From the human T2T-CHM13v2.0 reference genome, Homo sapiens: a stretch of DNA of 64,000 bases. Of the stretch, positions 17,936-36,339 are shown one piece after another (within the stretch, counting starts at the first letter, position 1; each line of letters opens with the position of its first letter). Where the stretch lies: assembly GCF_009914755.1 (NCBI RefSeq), contig NC_060937.1; one strand, given 5' to 3'. The notes beneath the pieces are model-generated. The model had not been told where the DNA came from, made no database searches, and saw nothing but the letters and a program-made list of their open reading frames with translations. Made by a program: the position numbers and the translations under genes.

Positions 17936-19064
17936 AGGAATGGGTTATTGGTAAAAGCATATTTGGTCGCCTCTTGTCCTCTCTTCCTCTCTTGCCCATC
18001 CGGGATGACGTAGCATGAAGGCCACTTGACTTCGGACTTTGCATCCTCCAGAAATGTAAGAAATAAATTATTTGTCTTTATGACTACCCAGTCTATGGTA
18101 TTCTGTTATAGCAACACAAAACAGACTGACACTAGCAGAATTTCTACAAGATCTTTTTTATTTTGCTTCCATTACAATTTCATTTTGGCTTTTGACCCTT
18201 GCATCTAGAATAGGCTTGGCCTTGCTCCAGGGAACATGCCATCCTGGCCTGACATACTTCACCTTCCCAATTTCTGTCTTCTTTGTTTGTCAACAACCCA
18301 CTCCAAAGTATCCCTGACTTGCCTCCCTTGTCTTTGTTCCTCCTAGTGTGTTTTGTTTTGTTTTTTGATGCATGGGCCATGACAGAAATCTACTGAGATG
18401 AAGGGGAGTTGAGGAGAGACTCATTGTTTTCAGCAAGATGGGTAGTTATTGAGGAGAAATTAGAAGGCATCAACTAACTGGATGTGATAGGAACCACATT
18501 CCTACCACATGAAATGAAACAGATTTTTAAATATGGCTAAGCAGTGTAAGTATTCAGGCAAAGTCTGACAACTAAATATGTAGTGGGCTCTAATTAGATG
18601 GTTCTTCATTTATCTCTGGGAAAAGGACTGAAGAAAACAGACAGTGAGATTGATCCAAAAACTCCCATGTATATAGAAACACATGAAAAATGTCATTAAA
18701 ATGTTAATGGCAGTTAAATTACAGTTGCATCAGGGATGGGATTTCAGGTGAGTTTTTACTTTCTTCTTATAAATTTATGCATTGTTTAATTTTTTTAAAT
18801 ATGAAAATACATATAATTAGGAAAATAAACTATTTTCATTGAGAGAGAGGAAAGTTTATTAATAGAGAAAGAGGAAAAAAAGAGATCCAAGACTGAGGAT
18901 AGGCACAATAAGCACTTCAATAAGGGATTCAAGAAAATGAAAATAGAGGTAAAGGCAGATTGGATTATACTGCACAGGCAATCAGATATCAGCAATAGAA
19001 ACTGATGGAGTGAAAAATTTGGGAATCTGACTGTCCCAGTCATGGCAGCCACTAAGTTGTATAA

Positions 19065-20043
<979 letters not shown>

Positions 20044-20262
20044 TCAACTCATTGGCCTGATACCTTTGTGTAGCGCATGACAGCTACAAGTGTACAAGAT
20101 GGTACTGGATCCAGTGAGGAAGACAACAAGTCTGGCAGGAATGTGAGAGAGACTTAGAAGAATTGGTTCAATATGATGATGGAGTTCAGAGAGCTAAATG
20201 AAGTTCTGAGAAGTCACTGTTTTAAATGGCTTAGCCATGTGGATGTTGAGAAACCCCAAGGA

Positions 20263-20905
20263 TGTTCCGGTTATCTTTTGCTACATAACAAACCATCCTG
20301 AAATTTAGTGGCATAAAATAACAAATATTTTATTGCACTCATGATCTGGGGAGTCAGGAACTTGGGCGGGGCACAGCAGAAATGGCTGGCTTATCTCTGC
20401 TCCATGATATCTGGGTCCTCCACTAGCGTGGCTTGAATGGTTGGAGATGGCTGAGATATCTTTACTGGGGCCGTATGTCTGAAACCTCCTTTCTTCTTTT
20501 TGGGACATCTGATGGGCCTAAGAAGTCTAAGTTGTCTCTTTCACTCAGGTATAGTGCCTGGGCTGGGATGGCTGGAACGGTTGAGGGCTGGCCGGCCTCA
20601 CTCTGTCTCTCTCTGTCTACAAAGGTGGTTTCATGGTGGCCACAGTGCTTACATGGTAGGTGGTTTCCCCCAGAGTGCAAGAGAATCCCAGCAGACAGCA
20701 TGCCCATGGGTGTAAGGAGAAGCTGCAAGGCTTCTTATGACTGTCTCAAAAGTCATGGTGTCACTTCTGCCATATGTGTTGGTCTAGCAAGTTGCCAAGA
20801 CTATTCCAGATTCAGGAGGAGGATAGGAACAGACTGATCTCTTTCTCGATATTAAAAATGCTATGAGCACACATGAAGAAAAGGATTTTATTGTGGCCAT
20901 CTTGA
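20263..20905 (-). mobile_element. MLT1 (G/H-like) LTR
   Basis: gttatcttttgctacataacaaaccatcctgaaatttagtggcataaaataac..gtcaggaacttggg..ctctgctccatgatatctggg. Confidence 0.65.
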
Positions 20906-21236
20906 AAACAAGCAACCAAACTGATGCTGATAGGAATTATCCAGAAAGGTAGGAGTGGATTTTTGGGATTGATCCAGAGGGAATGAGGAGTCTAGACTAA
21001 AAAATGGCAAGATTGGATACAATGTACACTGTTTGGGTAACAGGTACACTGAAAGCCCAGACATGACCACTGTACAATTCATCCATGTACAACCCAGAAG
21101 CACTTGTACCCTTATAGCTATTGAAATTTAAAGAAAATTTTTTTAGTGGCAAGAATTTTAAATGTAGGAAAGCTGAGAGAGGCTGGTAAATAAGTGGCTT
21201 GAATGTTGCTTCGGAGTCTTCTTACTTCTCCAGCCC

Positions 21237-21987
<751 letters not shown>

Positions 21988-22070
21988 AGCCCTCTTTTGC
22001 TTCAATCAGGCTGAGCCTCTTCTAGTTTCCTAGGTTAGATTATGTTCCTAATTAATTTAGCCAGAAGTAT

Positions 22071-22530
22071 TGTGTTAGATTGGGTTCTTCAAGAAGTAGA
22101 CTTCAAGAAAATATTAGGCATACAAGAGGTTTATCGGGAGAAATCCCCATGAAGGATAAAGAAAAGGAAAAAAGAGAAGGCAAGGAGAGCTTTCAGACCA
22201 TGGGCAAATCTGATGCTTGTGAAGAAGAGGGGCAAGGAAGGAAAATTGGAGAGAAGAGTCTCACATGCAGGATAATTTTTTAAAGTTTCAGCAAGGTTGA
22301 GAGGGAGTCCTTGAGCCAAAGTTACCCATTAAAGGAGCCCTTCTTCTTGCAGGAATGGGCCTGCATTAGTCTCCCCGCCTTGCTCAGTCACAGACTCAGA
22401 GCATCTCCCGAGAAGGATGGCCTTGGCATGAACTCAGGGCTGGGTCCCCACTGGCAGCAGCTGAAGCCATCAGTCAGTTGTGCTCCCTGAAGCAGGAGAT
22501 TTGAGCAGTGTTTTATAATGGCCACCTCAA
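22071..22530 (-). mobile_element. LTR16-like (ERVL) LTR
   Basis: tgtgttagattgggttcttcaagaagtagac..ctttcagacc..gagtccttgagccaaagtt..ccttgctcagtca. Confidence 0.6.
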
Positions 22531-22613
22531 ATACAGAATCTTAGCAGATAAGAAATTGCCTCATGGAGAAGGCATAACTGGCCTCTCTGCATACATTATG
22601 TACCATGATGCTC

Positions 22614-23110
22614 TGTATCAATTAGGATTGCTTTTAGCTGCAAGTAATAGAACATTTAGTCGAAAGTGGCTCAAATGAAGTGGTACACCTTTTTTCCACA
22701 GAAGTTTAGTGATAAACAGTTGAGGTCCTTGATTCTGCAGCTCAACCATGACAAGATTGCTGTGTACAGTTTCCTTGGTTTTTCCCTTATACTTGCCTCT
22801 TCATGTTTTATGCATGATGTCTGTAGCATCTCTAAATGTCATATCCATACTGAAAGCAGGAATAAGGAGGAAGCATGCTAGTGGTATAGCCACATCAGTT
22901 TCCTTTTATTGAGAGATAAAAGTCTTCACAGAAATGCTATCCTCCTTAGAGCTCTACTTAGATCTCATCTGGCAAATATGGATTATATGGCCATGTTCAC
23001 TCAAGGAGAGGATGGGAACACTGGAATAAAACTGTCAAGTGGGTATAGAAAAATCTTCATCCACTACCCTGGCTGGGGACATGACTGTCTTGAATAATAT
23101 TGTATGAACA
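22614..23110 (-). mobile_element. Old MLT1 (J/K/L-like) LTR; resumes at about 24604-24655
   Basis: tgtatcaattaggattgcttttagctgcaagtaatagaa antisense end motif. Confidence 0.5.
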
Positions 23111-23134
23111 TTGTCAGAATCAAACTGGAGTTGT

Positions 23135-23609
<475 letters not shown>

Positions 23610-23692
23610 TTACACAAAAATACTTGTAACAAAAAATACTTCTGTGACTGGAACACTTATTCTGTTTTATAGAATGAAGTGTTGCCTGATAA

Positions 23693-23992
<300 letters not shown>

Positions 23993-24295
23993 TTTGTTTT
24001 ATTTTTCAATTTGAGACAGGATCTCACTCTGTCATCCAGGCTATAGTGCAGTGATGCAGTCACAGCTCATTGCAGCTTTGAACTCCCAGGCTCAAGTGAT
24101 CCTCCCACCTCAGTCTACTGAATAGCTGGGACTACAAGCATGTGCCACCATGCCTGACTAATTTTTTAATTTTTTGTAGAGATGGGGTCTTGCTTTGTTA
24201 CCCCAGGCTGGTCTCGAACTCCTGGGCGCAAGTGATCCTCCTGCCTCAGCCTCTCAAAGTGCTATGATTACAGATGTGAGTCACTTCACCTAGCC
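23993..24295 (-). mobile_element. Alu (AluJ-type)
   Basis: Antisense dimer, J diagnostics. Confidence 0.9.
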
Positions 24296-24658
24296 AACCA
24301 ATAAAATGTTTCTATAAAAATGAAAATATATAATAAACAAACAAACAAAAAATATTTCTTTGAGGACATCTGTCCAGCAACTGCCTGTACCTCCTGGAAC
24401 TGGCATCAGGGTCTTATTGATCCTTGTAGCCAAGGATAGTTATCTCAAAACAATATGTAATCCTCATTTTTCCTTTAAAATCCTTTGTCCTTACCTCCTT
24501 GAATATGCACATACTATGATATGTGTATTTCTATTGCAATGCCCTATTCCTACATAAGTATAACTTTCCTCTAGAAAGCCCCTCTCTGTTATTTAGGTTG
24601 ATAATTGGGAGTCTATTAGTAAGGAGGAAGAAGGGAAGAGATGTTAGATAGGTGACTA

Positions 24659-25054
<396 letters not shown>

Positions 25055-25304
25055 TCAGAGCCATTCAGTCAATCAGTAATTATTCAATAGAACTATTTTC
25101 CTGAACAGTGTTAGGTGCTAGATTCTGGGAGAAACAACTGCCAGTTCCTAGCAGAACTTAAGTAGTACATTTATACAGCTTTTAATATAATACGGTGCCT
25201 AGTGAGTATTAAAATAATGAATGAATAAGGCAACTCTGATGCAATAATTATACAAAGCAATGAGAAGTGCTATAAGGAGGACTCCATATTTTCTCCATTT
25301 TCGT

Positions 25305-25604
25305 TTTTTTTTTTTTTTTTTTGAGACTGAGTTTCGCTCTTGTTGCCCAGGCTAGAGTGCAGTGGCACGATCTCAGCTCACCACAACCTCCACCTCCTGG
25401 GTTCAAGCGATTCTCCTGCCTCAGCCTTCCTGAGTAGCTGGGATACAGGCATGTGCCACCATGCCCGGCTAATTTTGTATTTTTAGTAGAGATGGGGTTT
25501 CTCCATGTTGGTCAGGCTGGTCTTGAACTCCCAATCTCAGATGATCCACCCACCTCGACCTCCCAAAGTGCTGGGATTACAGATGTGAGCCAACGTGCCC
25601 AGCC
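25305..25604 (-). mobile_element. Alu (AluSp-like)
   Basis: Sp diagnostics; TSD ccattttc. Confidence 0.92.
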
Positions 25605-25806
25605 ACCCATTTTCTTTTAAAAAATCATTTTCTATTCCTCATGATAGCCTCTCATTTGCCAGGATCTAGAGCAGCATTGTCTAGTAGAACTTCTGCAAAG
25701 ATGATCATGTTGTATATTTGCATGGTCCAATATGATAACCACTAACCACATGTGGCTATTGAGGACATGAAATGTGGCTAGTGCAACTGAGGAACAAAAG
25801 TTTACA

Positions 25807-26067
25807 TTTTATTTATTTATTTTTAAAGACAGGATCTCACTCTGTCACCCAGGCTGGGGTGCAGTGGCTCAATCACAGCTCATGTATCCTGTATATCCTG
25901 GGCTCAAGTAATCCTCCCATCTCAACCTTCTGAGTAGCTGGGACTACAGGCATGCACCATCCATGTGGCAAATTTTATTTTATTTTTTGTACAGATGGAG
26001 TCTTGTTGTGCTACCCAGGTTGGTCTTGAACTCTTGGCCTCAAGTTATCCTACTGCCTCAGCCTCCC
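25807..26067 (-). mobile_element. Alu (AluJ-type), 5' end missing
   Basis: Ends at gcctccc immediately before the next Alu tail. Confidence 0.85.
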
Positions 26068-26072
26068 TTTAC

Positions 26073-26403
<331 letters not shown>

Positions 26404-27049
26404 TAGCCAAATGTACCTAGTGACTACTGGCTAATGAATCAGGCAACGCTGTTGTAGAGTGCTTGAGTATTAGTAATTCCATGAAGTTAGTAAAAATAAG
26501 AACCTAATGTTAATGTGTTTCATTCACTTCAGTTATTATTGGGGCAAATCAAGATTACCTTAAATCCTTTTTTCCAATATTCTTAATATCTACACATTAG
26601 TGCTTTTCAAATGAAGTTATTTTATCAAGTTCTTTCAAGCTTAACTATTCTTTTCTATAAATAGAATTAACTATTTAGAGGTGACAAAAGTAGGTGACAA
26701 AGATCTGATAAGAAATATGAGTCTAGTTTATGCATTTTTTTACTTGTTTGAAGTTAGCAATAGTTTTTATATGATTATGTCAGATTCCAAATATGAGCTG
26801 TTAGTGCTTGTATGGGAAAGATTTTTTCCATTTGCAGTGAGCATAAAATCTGCTTCTCCATCAAGAGTACTAAGTTCCTTTTGAACAATGCTTATTCTCT
26901 CCCTTACCAGTTTGGTCCTTAACTACTTACTACCCTGTAAAAATTCTGAATAACTATTTGTATTGCTATCTAAATCTTGTTTGTTATTTAATTTTAAATA
27001 TATGCATAACCTAGATCCCTACTTTTATACCTTAAGCTTCCTGAGGGCA

Positions 27050-27330
27050 ACATGCAATTTGGGTTTGGTGGAAAAAAATCCCTGGACTTAAAGTCAGGTT
27101 ATGGAAATTTCAACAATCTTTTTGAGCCTCACATTTCTAATAGATAAAATGAGAATAATAATAATATTGGTTTCACTGGGTTCTTCAGGGCATCAAATGA
27201 GGTGTATGTGAAGTTCTCGGGGGATGCTCAAGTACTAAGTCACTGCTAGATACTCTGTTTCTTGGTGTCCTTTATAGCAAAACCATAGGAAGAGCTCACT
27301 GAATAATCACTTAATGAGTGAATGAATGGA
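27050..27330 (+). mobile_element. MIR fragment followed by an L2 3' end
   Basis: tgagcctcacatttctaatagataaaatgagaataataat MIR core; aatgagtgaatgaatg L2 tail. Confidence 0.5.
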
Positions 27331-27577
27331 TATAGAGGACTAAGGAACTATAGTTTTTAGTGATTTTTTTAGTGATTTAAATGAGCAACTGAATCCAGGT
27401 GGCTGGGACAACATATTTGCCTGGGTCTATGGTCCCTTTACCACCTTCAGGGCTCTCATCCCTGATTGTCTTATCATAAGCCTGGGTTATTATAAAAGAT
27501 GTGTCTGTTGGAAAGCTTTTGCCTGTGAGCCACAGAAGACTTGCCAATCCTGAAGTGCTTTAAACATAACAGGCTTC

Positions 27578-27742
27578 TTTGTGTGTGTGTGTTTGGAGAC
27601 AGGGTCTCATTCTATGGCCCAGGCTGAAGTGCAGTAGTACAATCAGGGCTCACTGCAGCCTCCACTTCCTGGGCTCAGGTGATCCACCCGCCTCGGCCTC
27701 CCAAAGTGCTGGGATTACAGGTGTAAGCCACCATGCCCGGCC
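27578..27742 (-). mobile_element. Alu monomer-length hybrid
   Basis: J-like right-arm end joined to S-like left-arm head. Confidence 0.8.
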
Positions 27743-27748
27743 TAGTAA

Positions 27749-28067
<319 letters not shown>

Positions 28068-28320
28068 CATAATGGGCTTCTTATCTCACTCACATAACTA
28101 GAAGTCCACGGGGAGGGTAGTTCTAGGTTTGCTTACTACCGCGGGACCCTGATGCCGTGAAGTACCTGGGTGCTTTCCTCTTTCTGGTTCAGCAGCTCAA
28201 CATCCCCAGTGTCTTGCCCATGTCTCCTCTCATGGGCTCCAGGGGCTGCAGCACTTCCAGGCATCATATGCGGGTATGAAGGTATCCAGCAAAGGAGAGA
28301 AGTGTGTTCTCCTGTGCATC

Positions 28321-28945
<625 letters not shown>

Positions 28946-30310
28946 TCATCTTTTTGTTTTTAATTGATGAGGAAAAGCTTCCTCAGAAGTAGCTCCAGTA
29001 TCTTACCCTCAAATAAGGATTGGGTCACGGTGCCAAAGCCTACACCAGTCGCTGGCAAAGAGAAGGACACTGCTATGATTGCCTTTGACAATGAATGCCT
29101 TCCATGAGCTCATGGCTGCAGAGTGAAAGCCAGAATGGGTGAGTTGAAACCGGCTGTTGAGTACGCAATGAACAGTGTCTGCTACAAAAAGCAAGACCTG
29201 TTAATCTTTTCTAGTGGAGCTGAACTTGGACCTCATATGGATGGGGCTCTGGAAGGGCCCCAGACATGGGAAAGGAGCTCTGATCTTTATCCGTGACTAC
29301 AAGTGTGACAAGCAGAGGAGAAGAGTTGACGCAACCTACCTCGTACCTTTCTTTCATTGGCCTTCCTCTGAGGAAGGAGTCTTTGGCTTTAAGTACTCAT
29401 CGTCCAATTTTTCTAGGTCTAGGCTAAGAGATGGTGAAATAGAGGAAGTTAAGAATTGCTTGAGAGCAAAGGTACGTTATCATGACCGCTACCACCTTCA
29501 TTGTCATCGTGATTGCCACCATCACCAGCCGGCAACCTTCTTGAGATGCCCACTTGCAGTGACACTGTATTCTATGCTGGGCAGAATCATCTGGGTCAAC
29601 ATGACCCCAAGCCATACAGGCTCTGGGTCTCAACCTTTGTTCTGCAGGGACACACCTGCTGGAGGACATTTGCCTGGGGCACCAGCTCCCAGGGCTTCAT
29701 AAATGCTTTATGGGCCTAGGCCATGAGTTATACTCAATCCCACCCACATCCCACCCCACAAATTATGGCTCCTTTCCTTTCTCTTGTACAGATAATGACA
29801 TACCAATAGCTCATGACATCAGAGCTGAAGGCTACTGCTTGAAGGATTTATAATCCAAAAGAATTAATTATGCAGATAAAAATGCTGGCAACATGCAGAG
29901 AATAAGACTTTTTAAAAATGTGAATAGATCAATTAAGCAGTTCTGTTATTTACTTGTCATAAGGAAGTGCCTGTGAGGAAGGAAAAGTGGGGAAACATGG
30001 GGGACCTCTTGGAGTAAGAAAAATGCCACTTTTTAAATGATTCAAAAAATGCCTATTTGTTAATATATGCTCCATGTTCTTAACGCGCACAACTCTACAA
30101 CTCAACTAATTATCATTGGCATCACCAGGTTACTCCAAAAAATGCTAGGCAGTGTGTTTATGTTAAAACAAACAAGCAAGCAAACTTCATTTTCCAATCA
30201 ATAGTGTACCTTACTCTCCTCTCTTCTTATTTAGTTACCATTTAGCCAGGAAGAGGTGGGGAGTCCACCTTCCTGAATAAAAGATTTGATAAATCATCTT
30301 CCTTGCCCTA

Positions 30311-30627
<317 letters not shown>

Positions 30628-31631
30628 CTTTAGATTTATCCATTTTTAAAATCATTTGCACGAGTATAGAAAAATATTAATAGATTTGAAGCAATGTCCT
30701 TTACACTGCATGCAGTTAATAAATCCTTAAAATGATAAATGATAAAATTAAAGTAAATTTTCCTTTGAGAGTCAGTCTGTTTTGGTATAATGACTCTGTT
30801 AGACATTATTACATAATACAAGGACTTTTTTCTAATGTGACCTCACCCCAAACTACACACTCTGTACCACAAATAGAATGAGTGTGATTTCCTGAAAAAT
30901 AAATTAAAACATGAAAATCTATGCAATATGGATCATTCTGCCATTTTTTTCTCTAATGAGCAAAACAGAGATTTCTCTCTTATTTTAATGACTTTTTTTC
31001 TAATAAGTGTTTAAAATATCTTGAAACCAGAAAACACCTTTACATAAAACTATTCACTTTAAGCAAGTCTTTTTGTGACCCAGGATTTAAAAATATACAA
31101 CCTTGGGTGTGAGTTTTCATCTAGACCTTGTTAGGTGATTAATTCTTCCTCAATGCTAGAATCCCTCTGCCATGTATCTTACCTCATTCTGGGTATCTCT
31201 GCAGACACCTGGAACAAAAACTTCATAAATAAAATGATTTTTATTTGGCTTTATGTTTTTTTCTGTGCTGGGGCTCAAAGAAGAGGCCTTTTGTTACAGA
31301 AACTCTTCATTTGTGCTTATGGTAAAGGACGGGGGAATGGAAATTTCTTTTCTCCTCTTGGGACAAGCAGAGTATTTCCCCTCATGGCTGCCTTTGCTGC
31401 CATAACTTCTATGAAACATCCCACTCTTCAGCTCCCGAAGGGGAGCCATTGGTCCTAAGGGTAAGGTACCACTTTTTTGTTAATGCCTCTATGAAAGATT
31501 TACCTATCTTGTAACAACAACGACAACAACACTATAGTAACAAAACAACAAACTAATACATAGATAGCACTATGCATTTTAAAATGAAGGGATCTGAAAT
31601 GCACCTCAGTAGCATAAAAATTATTCCAAGC

Positions 31632-31985
<354 letters not shown>

Positions 31986-32222
31986 TCATTTTGCTGACTT
32001 AAGCAGGATCTTCCAAAAATTATAGCTGCCATAAATTCCCTCTCCAGGGGGTTTACAGCCAGCAAGGAGACTAACCATTAGTACTGGGATGAGCAATTGC
32101 TTAAACAAATTATCTGAAACTGTCATACCTTTCATTTGGTCTTCCATGGAAGCCCTTTCTCCTGCCTCCTTTTTCTCTATGTAGTTGGTATAAACTCCTA
32201 TCTCTAGCTGCTTGAGGAGCCA

Positions 32223-32526
32223 TTTCTTTTTCTTTTTCTTTTTCTTTTTTTTTTTTTTTAGAGATAGGTTCTCATTCTGTCACCCAGGCTGGAATGCAGT
32301 GGCACCTTCATAGCTCACGGCAGCCTTGAACTACTGGACTGTAGCCATCCTCCCACCTCAGCCTCCCAAATAGGTAGGACCACAGGCGTGCACCACCACA
32401 CCCAACTAATTTTTATTTTTATTTTTTTGTAGAGATGTGGTCTTGCTATGTTGCCCGGGCTCAAATAATCCTCCCACCCAATCCCAAAGTGCTTGGGATT
32501 ACAGGTGTGAGCCACTGTGTCCAGCC
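32223..32526 (-). mobile_element. Alu (AluJ-type)
   Basis: TSD ttgagga(gcc/act)attt. Confidence 0.9.
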
Positions 32527-32667
32527 TTGAGGAACTATTTAATCTAGAGGCTCCTACCCACATAATAAACTTTGTCTTCTCTCTGTTAATCTGTCTACAG
32601 TCAGTTAAATTTGTAAGCCCCTAGCCGCTGAACCCAAGCTGGAAGAGGAAAAGCTTTTATCCCAACA

Positions 32668-32800
32668 ATATTATCTCACTTAACACTCACAGCAGCCCTA
32701 TTGTACTCCCATTTTTCAGATAAGGAAACCAAGTCTTTGAGAGGTTAGGAAACTTATTCAAGACCACACAGTCATTAAATGGCAGAGTTGGGGTTTGAAT
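32668..32800 (-). mobile_element. MIR (host of the MER34-like LTR)
   Basis: cccatttttcagataaggaaacc..gagaggttaggaaactt..ccacacag..ggcagagttggggtttgaa. Confidence 0.7.
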
Positions 32801-32892
32801 ACTTATTGCTTGAAATAGGGAAAACACAGCTGATTGTTCTGATACACTAAATGCACAATGTCCTGGAACAGCTGGGTTATTGATCCTATTTT

Positions 32893-33110
32893 CCTTTTTT
32901 TTTTTTTTTTTTGAGACAGGGTCTTACTCTGTCACACAGGCTGGAGTGCAGTAGTGCGACCTCAGCTCACTGCAACCTCTGCTTCCCTTGCTCAAGCAAT
33001 CCTCCCACCTCAGCCTCCTGAGTAGCTGGGACCACAGGTGCACACCACCATGCCCGACTAATTTTTTGTATTTTTTTTGTAAAAACAGGGTTTTGCCATG
33101 TTGCCCAGAC
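32893..33110 (-). mobile_element. Alu (AluJ-type), 5'-truncated
   Basis: TSD attgat(c/t)ctattt. Confidence 0.88.
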
Positions 33111-33504
33111 TGATTGATTCTATTTCCTTGTTCCTTTGATATTTAAAGGTATGAGGGCAGAGCTGCAGAACAGGTTGGAGGCAGCAGCTTGGTTCCAGAC
33201 AACTCAACAAAAGGAGATTTCAGAGGGAGAGTATCTGAAGTTAAGAGCCAACTGAACATTGTGTTATGTTAGTACCTGTGGTCAGGCAGCAAACTGAGAA
33301 GGAAGAGGGAAAAAAATATGGTCATGTACATAAGTATGGTCCTACACCAGCTTAGGGGCCCAGAGATCCCCCCTGAGAGATTGTTCTTGGACCAGAGGTT
33401 CACAACCTTAGTCTTGTCATGACACCCAACAGAGGTGAGGATTTTAGGCACAAACCCCTCCTCAATCTCATGCCCAGGAAGCTCATGGAATAGACCTGAG
33501 TGAG

Positions 33505-33843
<339 letters not shown>

Positions 33844-35559
33844 TAAGCGCCACTAATCTGCTCACATTTATTTAATAATAATAATAATGGTAGCTACTAA
33901 TAAACACTCTGCAGCTTGGTTATTAGCAAGGTGTGTGCAGCATCTACCTGGACTATGGAAAACCAGTCGTTTGGTCCACCAGGAAAGTGCCCCTTTGTAC
34001 TGTGGTCCATCTGATTCCAAAGAGAATGAATGGCCACAAAAGGTGGTAGTCACTGCCTCCTCTCCCAGATGCCAGGCTTGACCTCTCTGGGCATCTTCTC
34101 ATAGCCCTGGTTGCTTTGCACCTTGGCATGCAAAGACAAACACCAGCACGGAGAGGCACCATTCTGCATAGAGCTGGTACCTACTTTGCTAGTCTTGAGC
34201 ATGGAGGAAAAACTACAGTCAACAAAATGAAGTTTTCAAGCTAAGAAACAAAGATCAGATTTCAATAATAAAGAGGGAAACTTGGAAAGTCTTAAATTGA
34301 GCAATGGCTTTCATGGCCCTTGGGGCTGCCTCTGCAGAGGCAGTTAATCATCCGCCTGAACAATCAAATCAATACCCATGACCTTTCCTTTCAGTTGTTT
34401 CTCCTGCTGTCTCTCCCCCTACAGTCAAAGGGAAGATATTGCAATTATTTACTTTAGAAAAGAAACATGAATATAAAGCAAGTTTATAAATTATGTGTTA
34501 CTAAAATGAAATTCTCTAAGGAAATCATGTTTAGACACTGTAATTATAAGGCATATTTTTGGTAATATTTATAGTTATAACATCTTCACGTGTATCAGTT
34601 TATCTGATCTATTATAGTTTCCACCCACTATCTCATACAGAATGTGGGATAAATTACTTCTGAAAGGAGGGAAGTGTTCATTTCTGTATCCTGGATGGGT
34701 GGAGATAGGGGAGGGTAAGTGAGCTGATTAAACTTTCACAAGTCAGTTCACTGAGCAAAGTATCCTGTATCCTCCAGAATATCTTACAGTCATAACTCTA
34801 CTGACATGTTCTGAAATTAAACTCAAAAGACTCAAAACCTGTGATTTTCTACAGATCTTTGATATATTTTTGTAAACTGAAATAGACTGTGATCAGCAGT
34901 TGTTTCTCAGACCCATCAAGAATTCATTGTACCTGCAGGAGAGGCCCACACAGTTTGCCTTCTCAAGTTTCTCTTCCAAGAGACAATAAACAATACCTCC
35001 CTGCAGAGTGGTGAGAATGAGTTTGCCTCTCAAGTTAAAAGGAGGTGGGAAGTGTGAGGTGAGGTCAAGCACTGTGGCAAAGTCAGCGGCTGAACTTGAA
35101 ACCCATCCGACAGTTAGGTGTCAATGTTGACTGTGGTTAAAAGAGAAGCCCCACTAAAGGTCCTCAAAGTTGTGGAAAAACTGAAGCACCTTCCTACTCG
35201 CCTTTAGCAATCAACTCTTTTAATAGCAGCATGAAATTTTCTTATGACCAAACCTTTCTTGGCCATGAAAAACCATGGCCGAGTGAATAATTATTTATTT
35301 AAATAGGGCCTGGTCATCTGCTTTGTGCTTTTTCTGGGTGTCTTCCTCTAGAAAGCCCTCCTTGCACTTCTGTCGGGGGCTGAGGGTCCCCTATCTGAAG
35401 TCTTGTAGCACTCCGGCTTGCCTCTAAGCCTTCACTGTATCGAGATTTTCTGTTCATGGGGTCATTATGGAAGGGGGGCGCAGCGGGGAGAGGAATCACC
35501 ATTGATAGTGTTTGTAAAATGTGTCATTGATAGTAAAATGACAAGGGTACAAAGGCAGC

Positions 35560-35900
35560 AGTAGTATGCATGGAGAGGAGATGACCAACAAATTCAACAG
35601 AAATTTTAGACATGAAGTCCATAGACCTTGGCTATTGATTGTATGGGCAGACCTGAGGGATAGGGAGGGATAAGCTTAAGTGATGGGTGGATGGTATTAT
35701 CACATAGGGAGCTAAGGAATATAGAGAATGTGGAGCTTCAAGCAGTGAGGCCAGAAGAAGATAATGAGTCATTGTTGGCCATGCTGATGTTGAGGTTCTG
35801 TGGGTCTTGTATGCATATGGGAAGTGGTTGGGTATAAGACTGGAGCTGAAACAGAGGTTAGGACTGGAAATGTAGATTTGGGCTTTCTGGTGACCATGGA
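35560..35900 (-). mobile_element. L2 fragment
   Basis: gatgggtggatggtattat..ataatgagtcattgttggccatgctgatgttgagg..ggactggaaatgtagatttggg purine-rich L2 antisense pattern. Confidence 0.55.
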
Positions 35901-35907
35901 GGTGGGC

Positions 35908-36182
35908 TGTTGGGATATCCTGATGGGAGAACCTGCTACTAGGAGTGTAGTTGGCAGACTTTCTTCTCCTTTACTCCAGTCTGGGGCTCTTCCTTCCTAC
36001 CCAATCCTCTTTCCTGCCCCTTTTCCTTTCACAGATATCTGATTGGTACAATGGTCTGAAGGCTGGCCCTGCCTTCTTTTGCTCCCTCTCTTCTTTATCT
36101 CTTGCAGGCATTTCTCCCAATAATGCCTGGTACCTCTCATTCCCTTTTGGTGTCTGCTTCTTGGAGAGACTGAACTGACACA
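35908..36182 (+). mobile_element. LTR16-like (ERVL) LTR fragment
   Basis: caggcatttctcccaataa..tggtgtctgcttcttggagagactgaactgacaca 3' end. Confidence 0.55.
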
Positions 36183-36339
36183 GAAGTCATTGATATGCAG
36201 GTAGCTAATAATTAAAAGAATGGGAGCAAATCGGACATCCCTGGGAGAACATATAGAATGAAAACAAAAATGTTGAAATGTTAAAATTAATAAAAAGATT
36301 GAGGAGAAGAACTCACACGTAGGTAGTGATAAGGGTTTC

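Noticed and set aside
29214-29702. 162-aa non-Alu ORF with a His-rich patch
   Set aside because: Non-ATG start, no recognisable domain, no splice context; the His patch comes from low-complexity cat/cac repeats next to a MIR-like piece.
35466-35490. ggaaggggggcgcagc as a CTCF site or G-quadruplex
   Set aside because: Only the 3' half of the CTCF core matches, and there are too few G3+ runs for a canonical G4.
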